Shown here: positions 15,370 to 24,076 of the stretch, one piece after another
How the letters are laid out: each line of letters starts with the position of its first letter
How positions within the stretch are numbered: the first letter of the stretch is position 1
Source of the DNA: Nitrosopumilus maritimus SCM1
GTDB taxonomy: Archaea > Thermoproteota > Nitrososphaeria > Nitrososphaerales > Nitrosopumilaceae
DNA: 32,000 nt
Direction of reading: 5' to 3'
Assembly: GCF_000018465.1 (NCBI RefSeq)
Contig: NC_010085.1
Location: 1,380,001-1,412,000 of the forward strand
Made by a program: the position numbers and the translations under genes
The notes under the pieces: model-generated
Databases searched by the model: none
What the model was told of the DNA's origin: nothing
What the model saw: only the letters and a program-made list of their open reading frames with translations

Positions 15370-15964
15370 GACTTTCTATATCAGATACCAATTTAGTAAT
15401 TTTCACATAATTGGTATTACCAACTACATATTTGTATCCAAGTAGGAAATTTTTCCAAGCAGGAATCATGATTTTTGCATGGGCACTGTTCAAGATTTCC
15501 TTGATTAATCGTAAATCAACTGCATGATCTTCAGGTTTTATTGTATTTTGTGACAAGCCAAAATCAATAACATAGACATTATTTTTGAAGAAAATAAAAT
15601 TTGAAGTGGTTAAATCCCCATGCATAATGCCATTTTTGTGAAGCATTCCAACTAATTTTCCAATTGTTTTAGATAATTGAATTATTTTTGATTCTGATAA
15701 ATCATGAACTGGTTTTCCAGGAATTTCTTGCATGATAATTGATGTGTTTTTTAGATTTACAAAATAAATCAGAGGTGCAGGAATACCAAATGATTTTACT
15801 TGTGAGATTATTTGAGATTCTTTGATAGTTCGTTGTTTTCGAATTTTTGAGTCAAGAGAAGAATTTCTATAATTTTTTGTCTTTCTAATTTTCAGAATTG
15901 CATTAGAATTTTGCCACATAGTTTGGTAAATATCAGCTTCTGCACCTTTTTTGATCAATTTCAT
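15344..15964 (-). CDS. bud32: Kae1-associated kinase Bud32 (KEOPS subunit)
   Basis: 'GAEADIY' is the Gly-loop equivalent and 'GIMHGDLTTSNFIF' the catalytic loop, followed by 'VIDFGLS'. I prefer the ATG at 15964 ('MKLIKKGAEA') to the track's TTG at 15979. Confidence 0.85.
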   Translation of the reverse strand: MKLIKKGAEADIYQTMWQNSNAILKIRKTKNYRNSSLDSKIRKQRTIKESQIISQVKSFGIPAPLIYFVNLKNTSIIMQEIPGKPVHDLSESKIIQLSKTIGKLVGMLHKNGIMHGDLTTSNFIFFKNNVYVIDFGLSQNTIKPEDHAVDLRLIKEILNSAHAKIMIPAWKNFLLGYKYVVGNTNYVKITKLVSDIESRGRYAQVV

Positions 15965-16001
15965 TAACGTTATATTCAAATGAATTCAATAAAAATTAAT
16001 C

Positions 16002-16325
16002 ATGGAGGAAGGAGAAAAAAGACTAAAGCAAGAAGATTGTAGTGAAGATGTATTAGGTTCAGGAATTCTCACGTTAACTAACAAGAGATTAGCTTTTGAT
16101 AAAACTAGAGCAAGAATGATGGATTTTTCAAAACATATGGGAGATACAATACTAGACATTACATTAGACAATGTAACCAAAACATGGAAAGAGGGTCTAC
16201 TAATGAAAAAAGTGTGTTTTATTGTAAAAACAGATGATGGTGAAAAAATCTACAAGTTTGGTGTGTTTAACACAAAAAGCTGGCTCAAAAGTATTGATGA
16301 AGCAGTTGCAAATTACAAGAATTAG
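16002..16325 (+). CDS. small PH/GRAM-like domain protein (107 aa)
   Basis: 'GSGILTLTNKRLAFDK...' followed by beta-rich segments and a terminal helix 'SWLKSIDEAVANYKN' resembles bacterial/archaeal PH (GRAM-like) domains. I chose it over the antisense 64-aa ORF at 15986-16180. Confidence 0.5.
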   Translation: MEEGEKRLKQEDCSEDVLGSGILTLTNKRLAFDKTRARMMDFSKHMGDTILDITLDNVTKTWKEGLLMKKVCFIVKTDDGEKIYKFGVFNTKSWLKSIDEAVANYKN

Positions 16326-17305
16326 TAATTCACTTTAACAGTATCTAATCTCCAAGACTGAGTAACAAAAGTATCTTTTAATGACACGCCTTTCTTGATT
16401 TGAGATTCTAAAAGTCCAGTCCAACATATTTGGCTACCGCAATCCCCAGCATATTTCAAAGGGACAACAAAGAATTTTGCACCATGTCGTTTACAGACAT
16501 CTTGTAGCATTTCAGATAATCGTTTGTTAGCTGCAACACCACCTACAATCATCAGTTCTTTTTTTCTCGTAAAAGACAAGGCACGTTCTACAGCTTCTGC
16601 TATCATTGCAAAAGCAGTTTCTTGAAGAGAATAGCATGCATCAACTTTACTTTTTTTTGCTACTGATTTTGTTGCAGATAGCAATCCAGAAAATGAGACA
16701 TCATTTCCCTTTACAGAATATGGCAATGTAACATAGTTAGAAGATGTTGTTGCCAATTCCTCAATATTTTTTCCACAAGGAGAAGCAAAACCAATTGATC
16801 TTCCAAACTGATCAAGTAGTTGCCCCAAAGTAATATCCAAAGTTTCACCAAACACTCTCCATTGTTTATTTAAAAATGCCAAAAGCATTGTGTGACCTCC
16901 AGAGACTAAGAGGACTAAAGGATTGGTTGCACCAGTTAGCAACTTTCCTAATTCTATATGACCCAATGCATGATTGACAGGATAAATTGGAATTTTGTAA
17001 AAAGATGCCAATGATCTTGCCACTACAGCGCCAACACGTAAACAAGGTCCTAAACCAGGACCACCAGCATAAGATACAATATCCAAGTCATTTACTTTGA
17101 TATTTGCCTCATCAAGACATTCAGACAATACTAGAGAACTATTTTCAATGTGGTGTCTTGAAGCCTCTCGTGGATGAATTCCCTCTCCATCAGCAGGACG
17201 ATAAATTTTACGAACATCAGATAAAATTTTTCCTTTCTTTCCCTTCATTTCTATAACTGCACATGAGAAGGTATGAGCAGTACTTTCTATTCCTAAACCT
17301 AACAA
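16322..17305 (-). CDS. kae1: tRNA N6-adenosine threonylcarbamoyltransferase Kae1 (KEOPS catalytic subunit)
   Basis: Motifs are 'LGIESTAHTFSCAV', 'NHALGHIELG' (metal-binding HxxxH), 'VSGGHT' and 'GGVAAN'. TTG start, 1 nt after the upstream gene's stop. Confidence 0.9.
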   Translation of the reverse strand: MLGLGIESTAHTFSCAVIEMKGKKGKILSDVRKIYRPADGEGIHPREASRHHIENSSLVLSECLDEANIKVNDLDIVSYAGGPGLGPCLRVGAVVARSLASFYKIPIYPVNHALGHIELGKLLTGATNPLVLLVSGGHTMLLAFLNKQWRVFGETLDITLGQLLDQFGRSIGFASPCGKNIEELATTSSNYVTLPYSVKGNDVSFSGLLSATKSVAKKSKVDACYSLQETAFAMIAEAVERALSFTRKKELMIVGGVAANKRLSEMLQDVCKRHGAKFFVVPLKYAGDCGSQICWTGLLESQIKKGVSLKDTFVTQSWRLDTVKVNY

Positions 17306-17306
17306 A

Positions 17307-18503
17307 TCATCCCCTACTTAGAGTTGATACGATTTTGATCACATCGCCATTTTTTAGTTTTTGATCACCGCTGATTCTTTGTTTTGTTTTACAGTCAATT
17401 GCATGCAAAAATCCTTTAGCAATATCTGCATGAATTAATCCAGCCAAATCTTTTGCAGTAGAATCTTGAGGCAATAATTTTGTATCTGGAAGAATCACAC
17501 CATCTTTGTTAGTAAGTTTAGTTTCATCTTCAACAGGATAGACTACAATGAAATTCAATGAATCAAAAACTGCAGTATTAAGAATTTTCTGAATTCCAGT
17601 AGAAGGGATTTTTTCAAATACAGATTTCACCAAATCAAGTGCCTTTTGTTGTGGAGGAGCAATCTCTTTACCTTCTGCAATTGAAAATCCTTCATCACCA
17701 GACGAATAATTTACAATTCCGGCCTTTGATGCTTTTCTTAGTAATAATTCAGTTTCTGCACTACAAGGAATAACATTATCGTTAATTTTTTTTATGATAT
17801 CAAGATCAGGACACAAATCAGCTTTGTTTGCAGCAATGATCATTGGTTTTGTGTTTTTTCTCAGTTCACGTGCAAATTCAACAATATCATCTTCACTCCA
17901 TTCTTTGGGATCTCTTGAGATAAAACCAAGTTTTTGGAGTACATCTTGTACTTGAAAATCTTTTATGCCTAAACCTGTAAATCGGTTTGCAATTCCATCT
18001 GTAAGTTTTGCTCTCTTTTGATGAATCTCTCTAGTGATTTTATCCCAATCACGTTTTAAAATATCAGCAAACCACAAATCAAATTCGTCTTGAACAAACT
18101 CTACGTCTTCTAATGGATTATGAGTTCCAGGTGGAACAGGTTGTCCTTGAATATCAGTAGTTCCAGCAATATCAACAACATGAATCAAAACTTCAGCTTG
18201 TCTTGCATCATCAAGAAACTGATTTCCCAATCCTTTTCCTTCATGAGCTCCTGGAACTAATCCAGCAATATCAATAAGTTTCACAGGAATAAAACGAGTT
18301 CCATTGACGCAAAGATCAGTTTGATGTTCAATTTTGAAATGTTTGCAAGCACAATCAGCTTTAACATATGCAACACCAACATTTGGTTCAATTGTAGTAA
18401 ATGGAAAATTTCCGGAAGCAACAGGAGTTTCAGTGGCAGCTGAGAAAAAGGTGGATTTTCCTACATTTGCTTTACCTAAAAGACCAATTTGCAATGATCT
18501 CAA
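17307..18503 (-). CDS. Obg-like P-loop GTPase/ATPase of the YchF/OLA1 type with a C-terminal TGS domain
   Basis: G1 is 'GLLGKANVGKSTFF'. 'FPFTTIEPNVGVAYV' is YchF-like. G3 is 'DIAGLVPGAHEG' and G4 is 'ANKAD'. The C-terminal 'GDVIKIVS' is TGS-like. TTG start. Confidence 0.75.
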   Translation of the reverse strand: MRSLQIGLLGKANVGKSTFFSAATETPVASGNFPFTTIEPNVGVAYVKADCACKHFKIEHQTDLCVNGTRFIPVKLIDIAGLVPGAHEGKGLGNQFLDDARQAEVLIHVVDIAGTTDIQGQPVPPGTHNPLEDVEFVQDEFDLWFADILKRDWDKITREIHQKRAKLTDGIANRFTGLGIKDFQVQDVLQKLGFISRDPKEWSEDDIVEFARELRKNTKPMIIAANKADLCPDLDIIKKINDNVIPCSAETELLLRKASKAGIVNYSSGDEGFSIAEGKEIAPPQQKALDLVKSVFEKIPSTGIQKILNTAVFDSLNFIVVYPVEDETKLTNKDGVILPDTKLLPQDSTAKDLAGLIHADIAKGFLHAIDCKTKQRISGDQKLKNGDVIKIVSTLSRG

Positions 18504-18566
18504 AAATTCATTTCTACTTATTAGTATTGCAGAAATCGTTTAATCATCATCCATTCAATTAATTAT

Positions 18567-19115
18567 ATGTCAATAGTAATTACAGGAACGCCAGGTGTTG
18601 GAAAACACACTATTGGGAAAGAGTTAGCACAGAAATTAAAATTAGAAATAGTAGATATTAACGAGATTGCAAAAAATTCAGGATTATTTGAGGAAAATGA
18701 CGAATCAAATGATGTGGATACAGAAAAACTCAAAGTAATTCTTAGAGAAAAAATTTCTGATAGACATATCATCATTGGGCATTTAGCACCTTACGTTTTA
18801 GATAATGAAAAAGTCAATAGAGTTATTGTTTTGAGACGAAATCCATATGATTTGATTCAAGTATATGATGAAAGAGGTTATTCAGATAAGAAAAGTAGAG
18901 AAAATGCAAGTAGTGAAATTTTAGGTGTCATTACATATGATGTCATAAACCAATTCCAAGACAAAGTTGTTCAGATTAATGTGACGGGAGGAAAGGTACA
19001 AGAGGTTTTGGAGAAAGTAAACTCAGCAATTTCAGGCAATATTGATACTGAAGAAGTAGATTGGCTTGAATTAGTTACAAAAAATAATGATTTGAAAAAA
19101 TTTTTTGTTGATTGA
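18567..19115 (+). CDS. fap7: Fap7/AK6-type adenylate kinase (small-subunit rRNA maturation factor)
   Basis: The Walker A motif is 'ITGTPGVGKHTIGKELA'. Size is 182 aa. The 'HIIIGHL' and 'VIVLRRNP' pattern is typical of archaeal Fap7. Confidence 0.75.
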   Translation: MSIVITGTPGVGKHTIGKELAQKLKLEIVDINEIAKNSGLFEENDESNDVDTEKLKVILREKISDRHIIIGHLAPYVLDNEKVNRVIVLRRNPYDLIQVYDERGYSDKKSRENASSEILGVITYDVINQFQDKVVQINVTGGKVQEVLEKVNSAISGNIDTEEVDWLELVTKNNDLKKFFVD

Positions 19116-19134
19116 TTAAATAACGCCTTTTAAT

Positions 19135-20658
19135 TTGAAAATATACTTGTTTGAAATATCAAAAACAGATTTGGCAGGCCGTATAGGAACAATAGATACT
19201 AACCATGGGAAAATTGAAACACCAGCATATGTTCCAGTTATTCATCCAGTAAAACAAACAATTCCTTCAAAAAAGATCAAAGAGATTGGTTTTGATCTAG
19301 TAATTACAAATGCATACATTACAAGAAACAACTATGGAGATAAAGCAGTAAAGAAAGGAATTCATAAAATTATTGATTACGATAGAGGAATAATGACAGA
19401 TTCTGGAGGATATCAAGTTTTAGAATATGGAGATGTTCCAGTAGCACCAACAGAGATGGCAGAATTTGAACAAGGTATAATGACAGATTTTGCAATACCA
19501 TTAGACAAACCAACAGGGTTTGGATTACCGATAAAAAAAGCAGAAGCATATGTAAAACATACTCTCAAGGTTTGCAAGCAAACTATTGAAGACAGTAAAG
19601 ACAATGGACAAATTTGGATTGGTCCAATTCAAGGGGGAGAGCATTTTGATCTTGTAGCAAAATCAACAAAAGGGTTGATCAAAATGGGATACAAGATGTT
19701 AGCACTGGGTAGTCCAGTTGAATTTATGGAGTCATACGAATATAGACTGTTAGCTCAAATGATAATTGCAGCAAAAAAACAGATTCCACATAACATACCA
19801 CTACATCTTTTTGGAGCAGGACATCCATTAACTATTCCATTTGCAGTTGCATTGGGTTGTGATACATTTGATTCAGCATCATACATGCTATATGCAAAAC
19901 AAAACAGGTACATTACAGAGGACGGCACACGTGATTTATCAGACATTGTTGTTTTCCCATGTAATTGTGAAATATGTACAAAATACACCCCAGATGAACT
20001 ACGACAGTTAGAATCTATTGAGAAAATAAACCAGATTGCTATTCATAATCTCCATGCAATAAAATTAGAAGTAGACAAGGTCAAACAAGCAATTCATGAA
20101 GGAAGGTTATGGGAATATGTTATCAAAAAAGCAAGAGCACATCCTAAATTATTTGAGATGGTAGAAGTAATGACAGAAAATTCAGAATTTTTGAAGATTG
20201 GAACACCAAAATTCAAGGAAAGAGCAATTTTTCTATTTGATAAGGAAGATCAATTTAGACCGGAAGTTCAAGTATTTCATGAAATTGTAAGGGGATTCAA
20301 ATCAAAGAAAGAAAAAATATTGATTACAAACGAATCATCAACAAAACCAGGCTATCTATCTCATCAATTTGTAAATTTGTCAAAAAAACTCAAAGATTTC
20401 GAAGAAGTTCAAATTTGCCAATACAACCCTCAACTAGGATTAATTCCAATTGAGATTTCAGATATTTTCCCTGCTGCACATCACGAAACATCAAGAATGA
20501 ATTTTGATCCTAAAGAATTTACTGAGTTTGAAAAAACATGGAAAATATTTTTTGAGAACAATAAATTTTCAGAAATTCGATACAACAAAGATGATGAATT
20601 TCTAAAATATTTTGTAAAAACATTACCAAAAAACATCAAGAAGAAATCTTTTTTGTAA
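19135..20658 (+). CDS. tgtA: archaeosine tRNA-guanine transglycosylase (ArcTGT), short form
   Basis: Motifs are 'MTDSGGYQ', 'LFGAGHP' and the Zn site 'CNCEICTKY'. TTG start. I could not recognise a PUA-like pattern in the C-terminal ~130 aa. Confidence 0.85.
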   Translation: MKIYLFEISKTDLAGRIGTIDTNHGKIETPAYVPVIHPVKQTIPSKKIKEIGFDLVITNAYITRNNYGDKAVKKGIHKIIDYDRGIMTDSGGYQVLEYGDVPVAPTEMAEFEQGIMTDFAIPLDKPTGFGLPIKKAEAYVKHTLKVCKQTIEDSKDNGQIWIGPIQGGEHFDLVAKSTKGLIKMGYKMLALGSPVEFMESYEYRLLAQMIIAAKKQIPHNIPLHLFGAGHPLTIPFAVALGCDTFDSASYMLYAKQNRYITEDGTRDLSDIVVFPCNCEICTKYTPDELRQLESIEKINQIAIHNLHAIKLEVDKVKQAIHEGRLWEYVIKKARAHPKLFEMVEVMTENSEFLKIGTPKFKERAIFLFDKEDQFRPEVQVFHEIVRGFKSKKEKILITNESSTKPGYLSHQFVNLSKKLKDFEEVQICQYNPQLGLIPIEISDIFPAAHHETSRMNFDPKEFTEFEKTWKIFFENNKFSEIRYNKDDEFLKYFVKTLPKNIKKKSFL

Positions 20659-20698
20659 ATTAAAAATAAGAAAAAAGAATGTGCTAAAAGATTCAGCC

Positions 20699-21001
20699 TT
20701 ATAGTGCTGCGTCTTCTGCCCAACCGTTGATGAAGATACCGTTTTTGTGAAGAGGTACTGGTTGTCCAGCAGTGTAATTCATTGGTCTCATCCAAAAGAT
20801 TGATTTTGTTGGGCATACACCGATGCATGCACCGTCAGAAATACATCTCTCTGGATAAAATACAAATGCTTTACCTCTCTTCCAGCCTTCAACTGGTTTT
20901 ACTCTAAGGACATCAGGACCAAGAGTTGTACAGATTTCTACACATAGTGCACATCCGATACATCTTTGTTCATCGATGTCTGGAAGTATTGCTATTGGCA
21001 T
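20699..21001 (-). CDS. 2x[4Fe-4S] ferredoxin-domain protein
   Basis: 'CIGCALCVEIC' and 'CISDGACIGVCP' are two cluster motifs separated by a ~28-aa insert. Confidence 0.8.
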   Translation of the reverse strand: MPIAILPDIDEQRCIGCALCVEICTTLGPDVLRVKPVEGWKRGKAFVFYPERCISDGACIGVCPTKSIFWMRPMNYTAGQPVPLHKNGIFINGWAEDAAL

Positions 21002-21103
21002 TACAAAATAAACAATGCTTGGTTACTATTTAAACCATGATTGATATCCATAACTCTGTTATGAAATTTGATCGGCGGAAAATTATGCGCAGGAACCAGA
21101 TTG

Positions 21104-21142
21104 AAAATTTAAAAAACAAAAAGATAACGTGAGTATCACGTT
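21104..21142 (-). terminator. hairpin plus oligo-T tract immediately after the 70-aa gene
   Basis: The 'aacgtga gta tcacgtt' stem-loop (21126-21142) abuts the stop codon. On the minus strand it is followed by 'tttttgttttttaaatttt'. Confidence 0.5.
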
Positions 21143-21354
21143 TATTTTCTCATTGCATCGATTTGACCAGAAGTAACCCAGTCAAGTAGTTCTGCAGAAG
21201 AAGGATTAAGGTCTGCTTTCTGATTCATCAGATTGTTAACCCAAATCCAGTTAATTTGGTTAAGAAGAGGTTTGTTTGCTTCGTCACCTGCACGTGTTTT
21301 AGCGACTACAGCTTGGTCTTGTTGTCCTAACCATTCTTGGAAGCTTCTTCCCAT
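21142..21354 (-). CDS. hypothetical small soluble protein (70 aa), apparently monocistronic
   Basis: The ORF has its own TATA-like box ('ctttaattag' on the minus strand, 21377-21386, 23-32 nt upstream of the ATG) and its own terminator. No motif recognised. Confidence 0.5.
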   Translation of the reverse strand: MGRSFQEWLGQQDQAVVAKTRAGDEANKPLLNQINWIWVNNLMNQKADLNPSSAELLDWVTSGQIDAMRK

Positions 21355-21467
21355 GAGGATCGGATCTTAGCTTGCACTAATTAAAGCTTTTGAAGATTAT
21401 ACACTAGACATAATGATCGGGTACATCTCAAGAAGGTTTTAACGTAGATGAAAAATCATGTTAATTC

Positions 21468-22733
21468 TTGAATGTTAAAGTTTTAGGAGCTGCCAACGAG
21501 GTAGGCAGATCAGGTTTTTTAGTAAATTGTAATGGAACAAATCTCTTACTTGATTATGGAGTATTATTTGGCAGAAGAGGTACACCTCCACAATATCCAC
21601 TTCATGTAAAACCCAAGGATTTAGATGCAATAATTATCACCCATGCCCACCTGGATCATTCTGGAAACGTTCCATCTCTATTTGTAAGTGGAAATACAGA
21701 TGTTTATGCAACTCCACCAACTTTTGATTTATCAAAACTATTGATTGAAGATATGCTAAAAATTGAAAAGAATTCGCATCCATTTGACCTACCAGAATTA
21801 AACAACATGATGAGAAATGCCAAAGAAATTGGATTCAAACAAAAAATTACTAAAGGTAATGCAACATTTGAGTTAAGAGAATCAGGACATGTGATTGGGG
21901 GCAGTACAGTTTTAGTAGAATCTGAAAATAAACGACTGTTCTATACAGGAGATATCAAGACAAACGGTTCAAGAATGCTTCGAGAAATGGATTTGGATAT
22001 AGGAGAAATTGACTTGTTAATTACTGAAAGCACCTATGCCATGACAGAACAAAAACCAAGAAAAGAATCTGAAGCAGAACTAATAGAATTTGCAAACGAA
22101 GTAATGGATAGAAAAGGAATTTTGTTTATCCCATCATTTTCAGTTGAACGTTCTCAAGAGATTGCATGCATTCTAAGAAACGCAAATTTCAAACATAGAA
22201 TTATCATGGACGGCATGGCACTAAAAGTAAATGAAATTATGTTTAAGCATCCAGAATATTTGCGAGATCCAAAAATTTTCTCTGATGCAATTAACAGAGC
22301 AACTTCAATTACAGAACATTCTGAAAGAAAACGTGCAATGGAGGAACCATGTGTTGTTATTTCACCTGCAGGTATGTTAGTTGGAGGAAATGCAGTTTTC
22401 TATTTACAACATCTAGCATTTGATGACAGAAATGGAATTGCGCTTGTTTCCTACCAAGGAGATGGCACACCAGGTAGAAAATTGCTAGAAACAGGAAAAG
22501 TATCATCAAGAGGAAAAGACATCAATGTGACTGCACAAGTAAAACAGTTTGAATTTTCAGGCCATGCAGACAGAAATGAATTATTTGATATGATTAAAAA
22601 AATCAAAGGAAATCCAAAGGTTTTGACTGTACACGGGGATTCAGAATCTTGTGATTTGTTTGCACAAGAAATTCATGAGAAATTTGGATTAGAGACACAT
22701 TCTCCTGCAGTTAATGAAGAGATTCCAATCTAA
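21468..22733 (+). CDS. metallo-beta-lactamase / beta-CASP ribonuclease (aCPSF2-like, no KH domains)
   Basis: 'HAHLDHSG', 'ESGHVIGGS', 'YTGD', 'TESTY', 'FSGHADRNEL' and 'TVHGD' are the MBL and beta-CASP motifs, in order. TTG start. Confidence 0.85.
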   Translation: MNVKVLGAANEVGRSGFLVNCNGTNLLLDYGVLFGRRGTPPQYPLHVKPKDLDAIIITHAHLDHSGNVPSLFVSGNTDVYATPPTFDLSKLLIEDMLKIEKNSHPFDLPELNNMMRNAKEIGFKQKITKGNATFELRESGHVIGGSTVLVESENKRLFYTGDIKTNGSRMLREMDLDIGEIDLLITESTYAMTEQKPRKESEAELIEFANEVMDRKGILFIPSFSVERSQEIACILRNANFKHRIIMDGMALKVNEIMFKHPEYLRDPKIFSDAINRATSITEHSERKRAMEEPCVVISPAGMLVGGNAVFYLQHLAFDDRNGIALVSYQGDGTPGRKLLETGKVSSRGKDINVTAQVKQFEFSGHADRNELFDMIKKIKGNPKVLTVHGDSESCDLFAQEIHEKFGLETHSPAVNEEIPI

Positions 22734-22734
22734 A

Positions 22735-23577
22735 ATGCAAATAAAGCAACCAATAGATGTTGAAAATTCAATAAACAGCGGTCAAGTTTTTCTTTGGAGA
22801 AAGAATAAAGAATTTTGGTACGGAGTAAACGGACAAGACATACTAGAAGTAAACAAAAATGGAAAAATAAAGTCATTACAAAATTACAAAACAGATTTTT
22901 TTAGAAATAATGATAATTTTGATGAAATTATCAAATCGATTTCAAAAGACAAGATAGTAAAAAATGCTGTAAAAAAATATCCAGGGCTTAGAATCATAAA
23001 ACAAGATCCATTCCAATGTTTGATTTCATTTATCGTATCATCAAACTCTAACATCCAAAAAATTAAAACAAATCTAGAAAACATATCACAAAAATTTGGA
23101 GAAAGAGTGGAATACAAAGATCAAGAGTTTTTTTTATTTCCTAATGCAAAAACGCTTTCCAAAGCATCAATAACTGAAATTAAAAATTGTGGAGTTGGAT
23201 ATCGTGCAAAATTCATCAAAGAAGCCTCAAAAATTTTTGCTTCTGAAAAAATTATGATTGATGATTTGAAATCAAGTGATTATTTTGATGCAAAAAAGAA
23301 GATTCGCATCATTCCAGGCATAGGAAACAAAGTTGCAGATTGTATTTTATTATTTTCTCTTGATAAGTTAGAATCATTTCCATTAGATAGATGGATGATT
23401 AGAATTTTAGAGAAATATTATTCAAAAAAATTTCAAATAGATACCAAAACAATTACAGAAAAACAATATGATATTCTACATGAAAAGATTGTAGATTATT
23501 TTGGGCTATATGCAGGATATGCACAACAGTTTCTCTTCAAAATGGAAAGAGAAAATTATCAAAAAAAGTGGCTGTAA
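22735..23577 (+). CDS. ogg: 8-oxoguanine DNA glycosylase/AP lyase (OGG1-type, HhH-GPD)
   Basis: The N-domain has 'NSGQVFLWRK'. The HhH-GPD region 'IPGIGNKVADCILLFSL' contains the catalytic Lys, and 'FPLDRW' the Asp. The track start at 22714 overlaps the previous gene, so the ATG at 22735 is equally possible. Confidence 0.8.
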   Translation: MQIKQPIDVENSINSGQVFLWRKNKEFWYGVNGQDILEVNKNGKIKSLQNYKTDFFRNNDNFDEIIKSISKDKIVKNAVKKYPGLRIIKQDPFQCLISFIVSSNSNIQKIKTNLENISQKFGERVEYKDQEFFLFPNAKTLSKASITEIKNCGVGYRAKFIKEASKIFASEKIMIDDLKSSDYFDAKKKIRIIPGIGNKVADCILLFSLDKLESFPLDRWMIRILEKYYSKKFQIDTKTITEKQYDILHEKIVDYFGLYAGYAQQFLFKMERENYQKKWL

Positions 23578-23581
23578 ACCC

Positions 23582-23588
23582 TTAAAAT
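23582..23588 (+). promoter_or_regulatory. TATA-like box upstream of tRNA-Arg
   Basis: 'ttaaaat' lies 23-29 nt upstream of tRNA position 1. Confidence 0.4.
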
Positions 23589-23610
23589 GGTAATTAATTG
23601 CTAGGTTTTT

Positions 23611-23685
23611 GGGCCCATAGCTCAGCATGGATAGAGTGTTGGACTTCTAATCCAATGGTCAAGGGATCGAAGCCCTTTGGGCCCG
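23611..23685 (+). tRNA. tRNA-Arg (anticodon UCU), no intron, CCA not encoded
   Basis: Hand-folded cloverleaf. The acceptor GGGCCCA pairs with TGGGCCC. The D stem is GCTC/GAGT. The anticodon stem TTGGA/TCCAA carries loop CT-TCT-AA. The T stem AAGGG/CCCTT carries a 7-nt loop. The discriminator is G. Confidence 0.9.
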
Positions 23686-23725
23686 CTTAACAAAATTATT
23701 TATTCTAATCAGAAGGTGTGTTTTT

Positions 23726-24076
23726 GTGAAAGATATAGAATTCAAGCTAAATTCAACTGATATCCATCCAAATTCTGAGATCAAAGGAGAGATTACAGTC
23801 TCTTATCCAGGCAGATATGATGGAGTAGTTATTAATACACAAATTTTGGATTCGAACGAACATATCACTTACAAATCATACAACGGAAAGACCATTTCAA
23901 ATAATGTTGCAAGATTATTTATCAACAAAGATGTAATGTCAGAAAATAAAGCAGAATTTACTGCAGTAATAAAATTTGAGCCAACTCAAGAATACGAAGT
24001 AAAATTTAGAGCATCAATTATCGAACAACACAAAGAAATTGAGAGCCAAATAATTTTTGCAAAATATTCTGTCTAG
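23726..24076 (+). CDS. hypothetical beta-rich protein (116 aa)
   Basis: GTG start. 'SEIKGEITVSYPGRYDGVVINTQILDSNEHITY' has a strand-rich, arrestin-N/Spo0M-like feel, but no firm motif. Confidence 0.45.
   Translation: MKDIEFKLNSTDIHPNSEIKGEITVSYPGRYDGVVINTQILDSNEHITYKSYNGKTISNNVARLFINKDVMSENKAEFTAVIKFEPTQEYEVKFRASIIEQHKEIESQIIFAKYSV

Noticed and set aside
15986-16180. A 64-aa minus-strand ORF lies between bud32 and kae1.
   Set aside because: It overlaps the longer 107-aa plus-strand ORF, which has a plausible PH/GRAM-like pattern. The minus-strand product is low-complexity (Ser/Leu/Val-rich).
20481-20828. A 115-aa minus-strand ORF spans the ArcTGT 3' end and the ferredoxin 3' end.
   Set aside because: It overlaps two motif-supported genes and its product is a low-complexity Phe/Leu/Ser string. 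It is most likely a chance ORF in AT-rich sequence.
23578-24076. The tRNA-Arg gene could be an integration site for a mobile element or genomic island.
   Set aside because: I found no integrase or recombinase, no obvious direct repeat of the tRNA 3' half nearby and no compositional shift. The flanking genes (ogg, cupredoxin, complex III) look like core genes.
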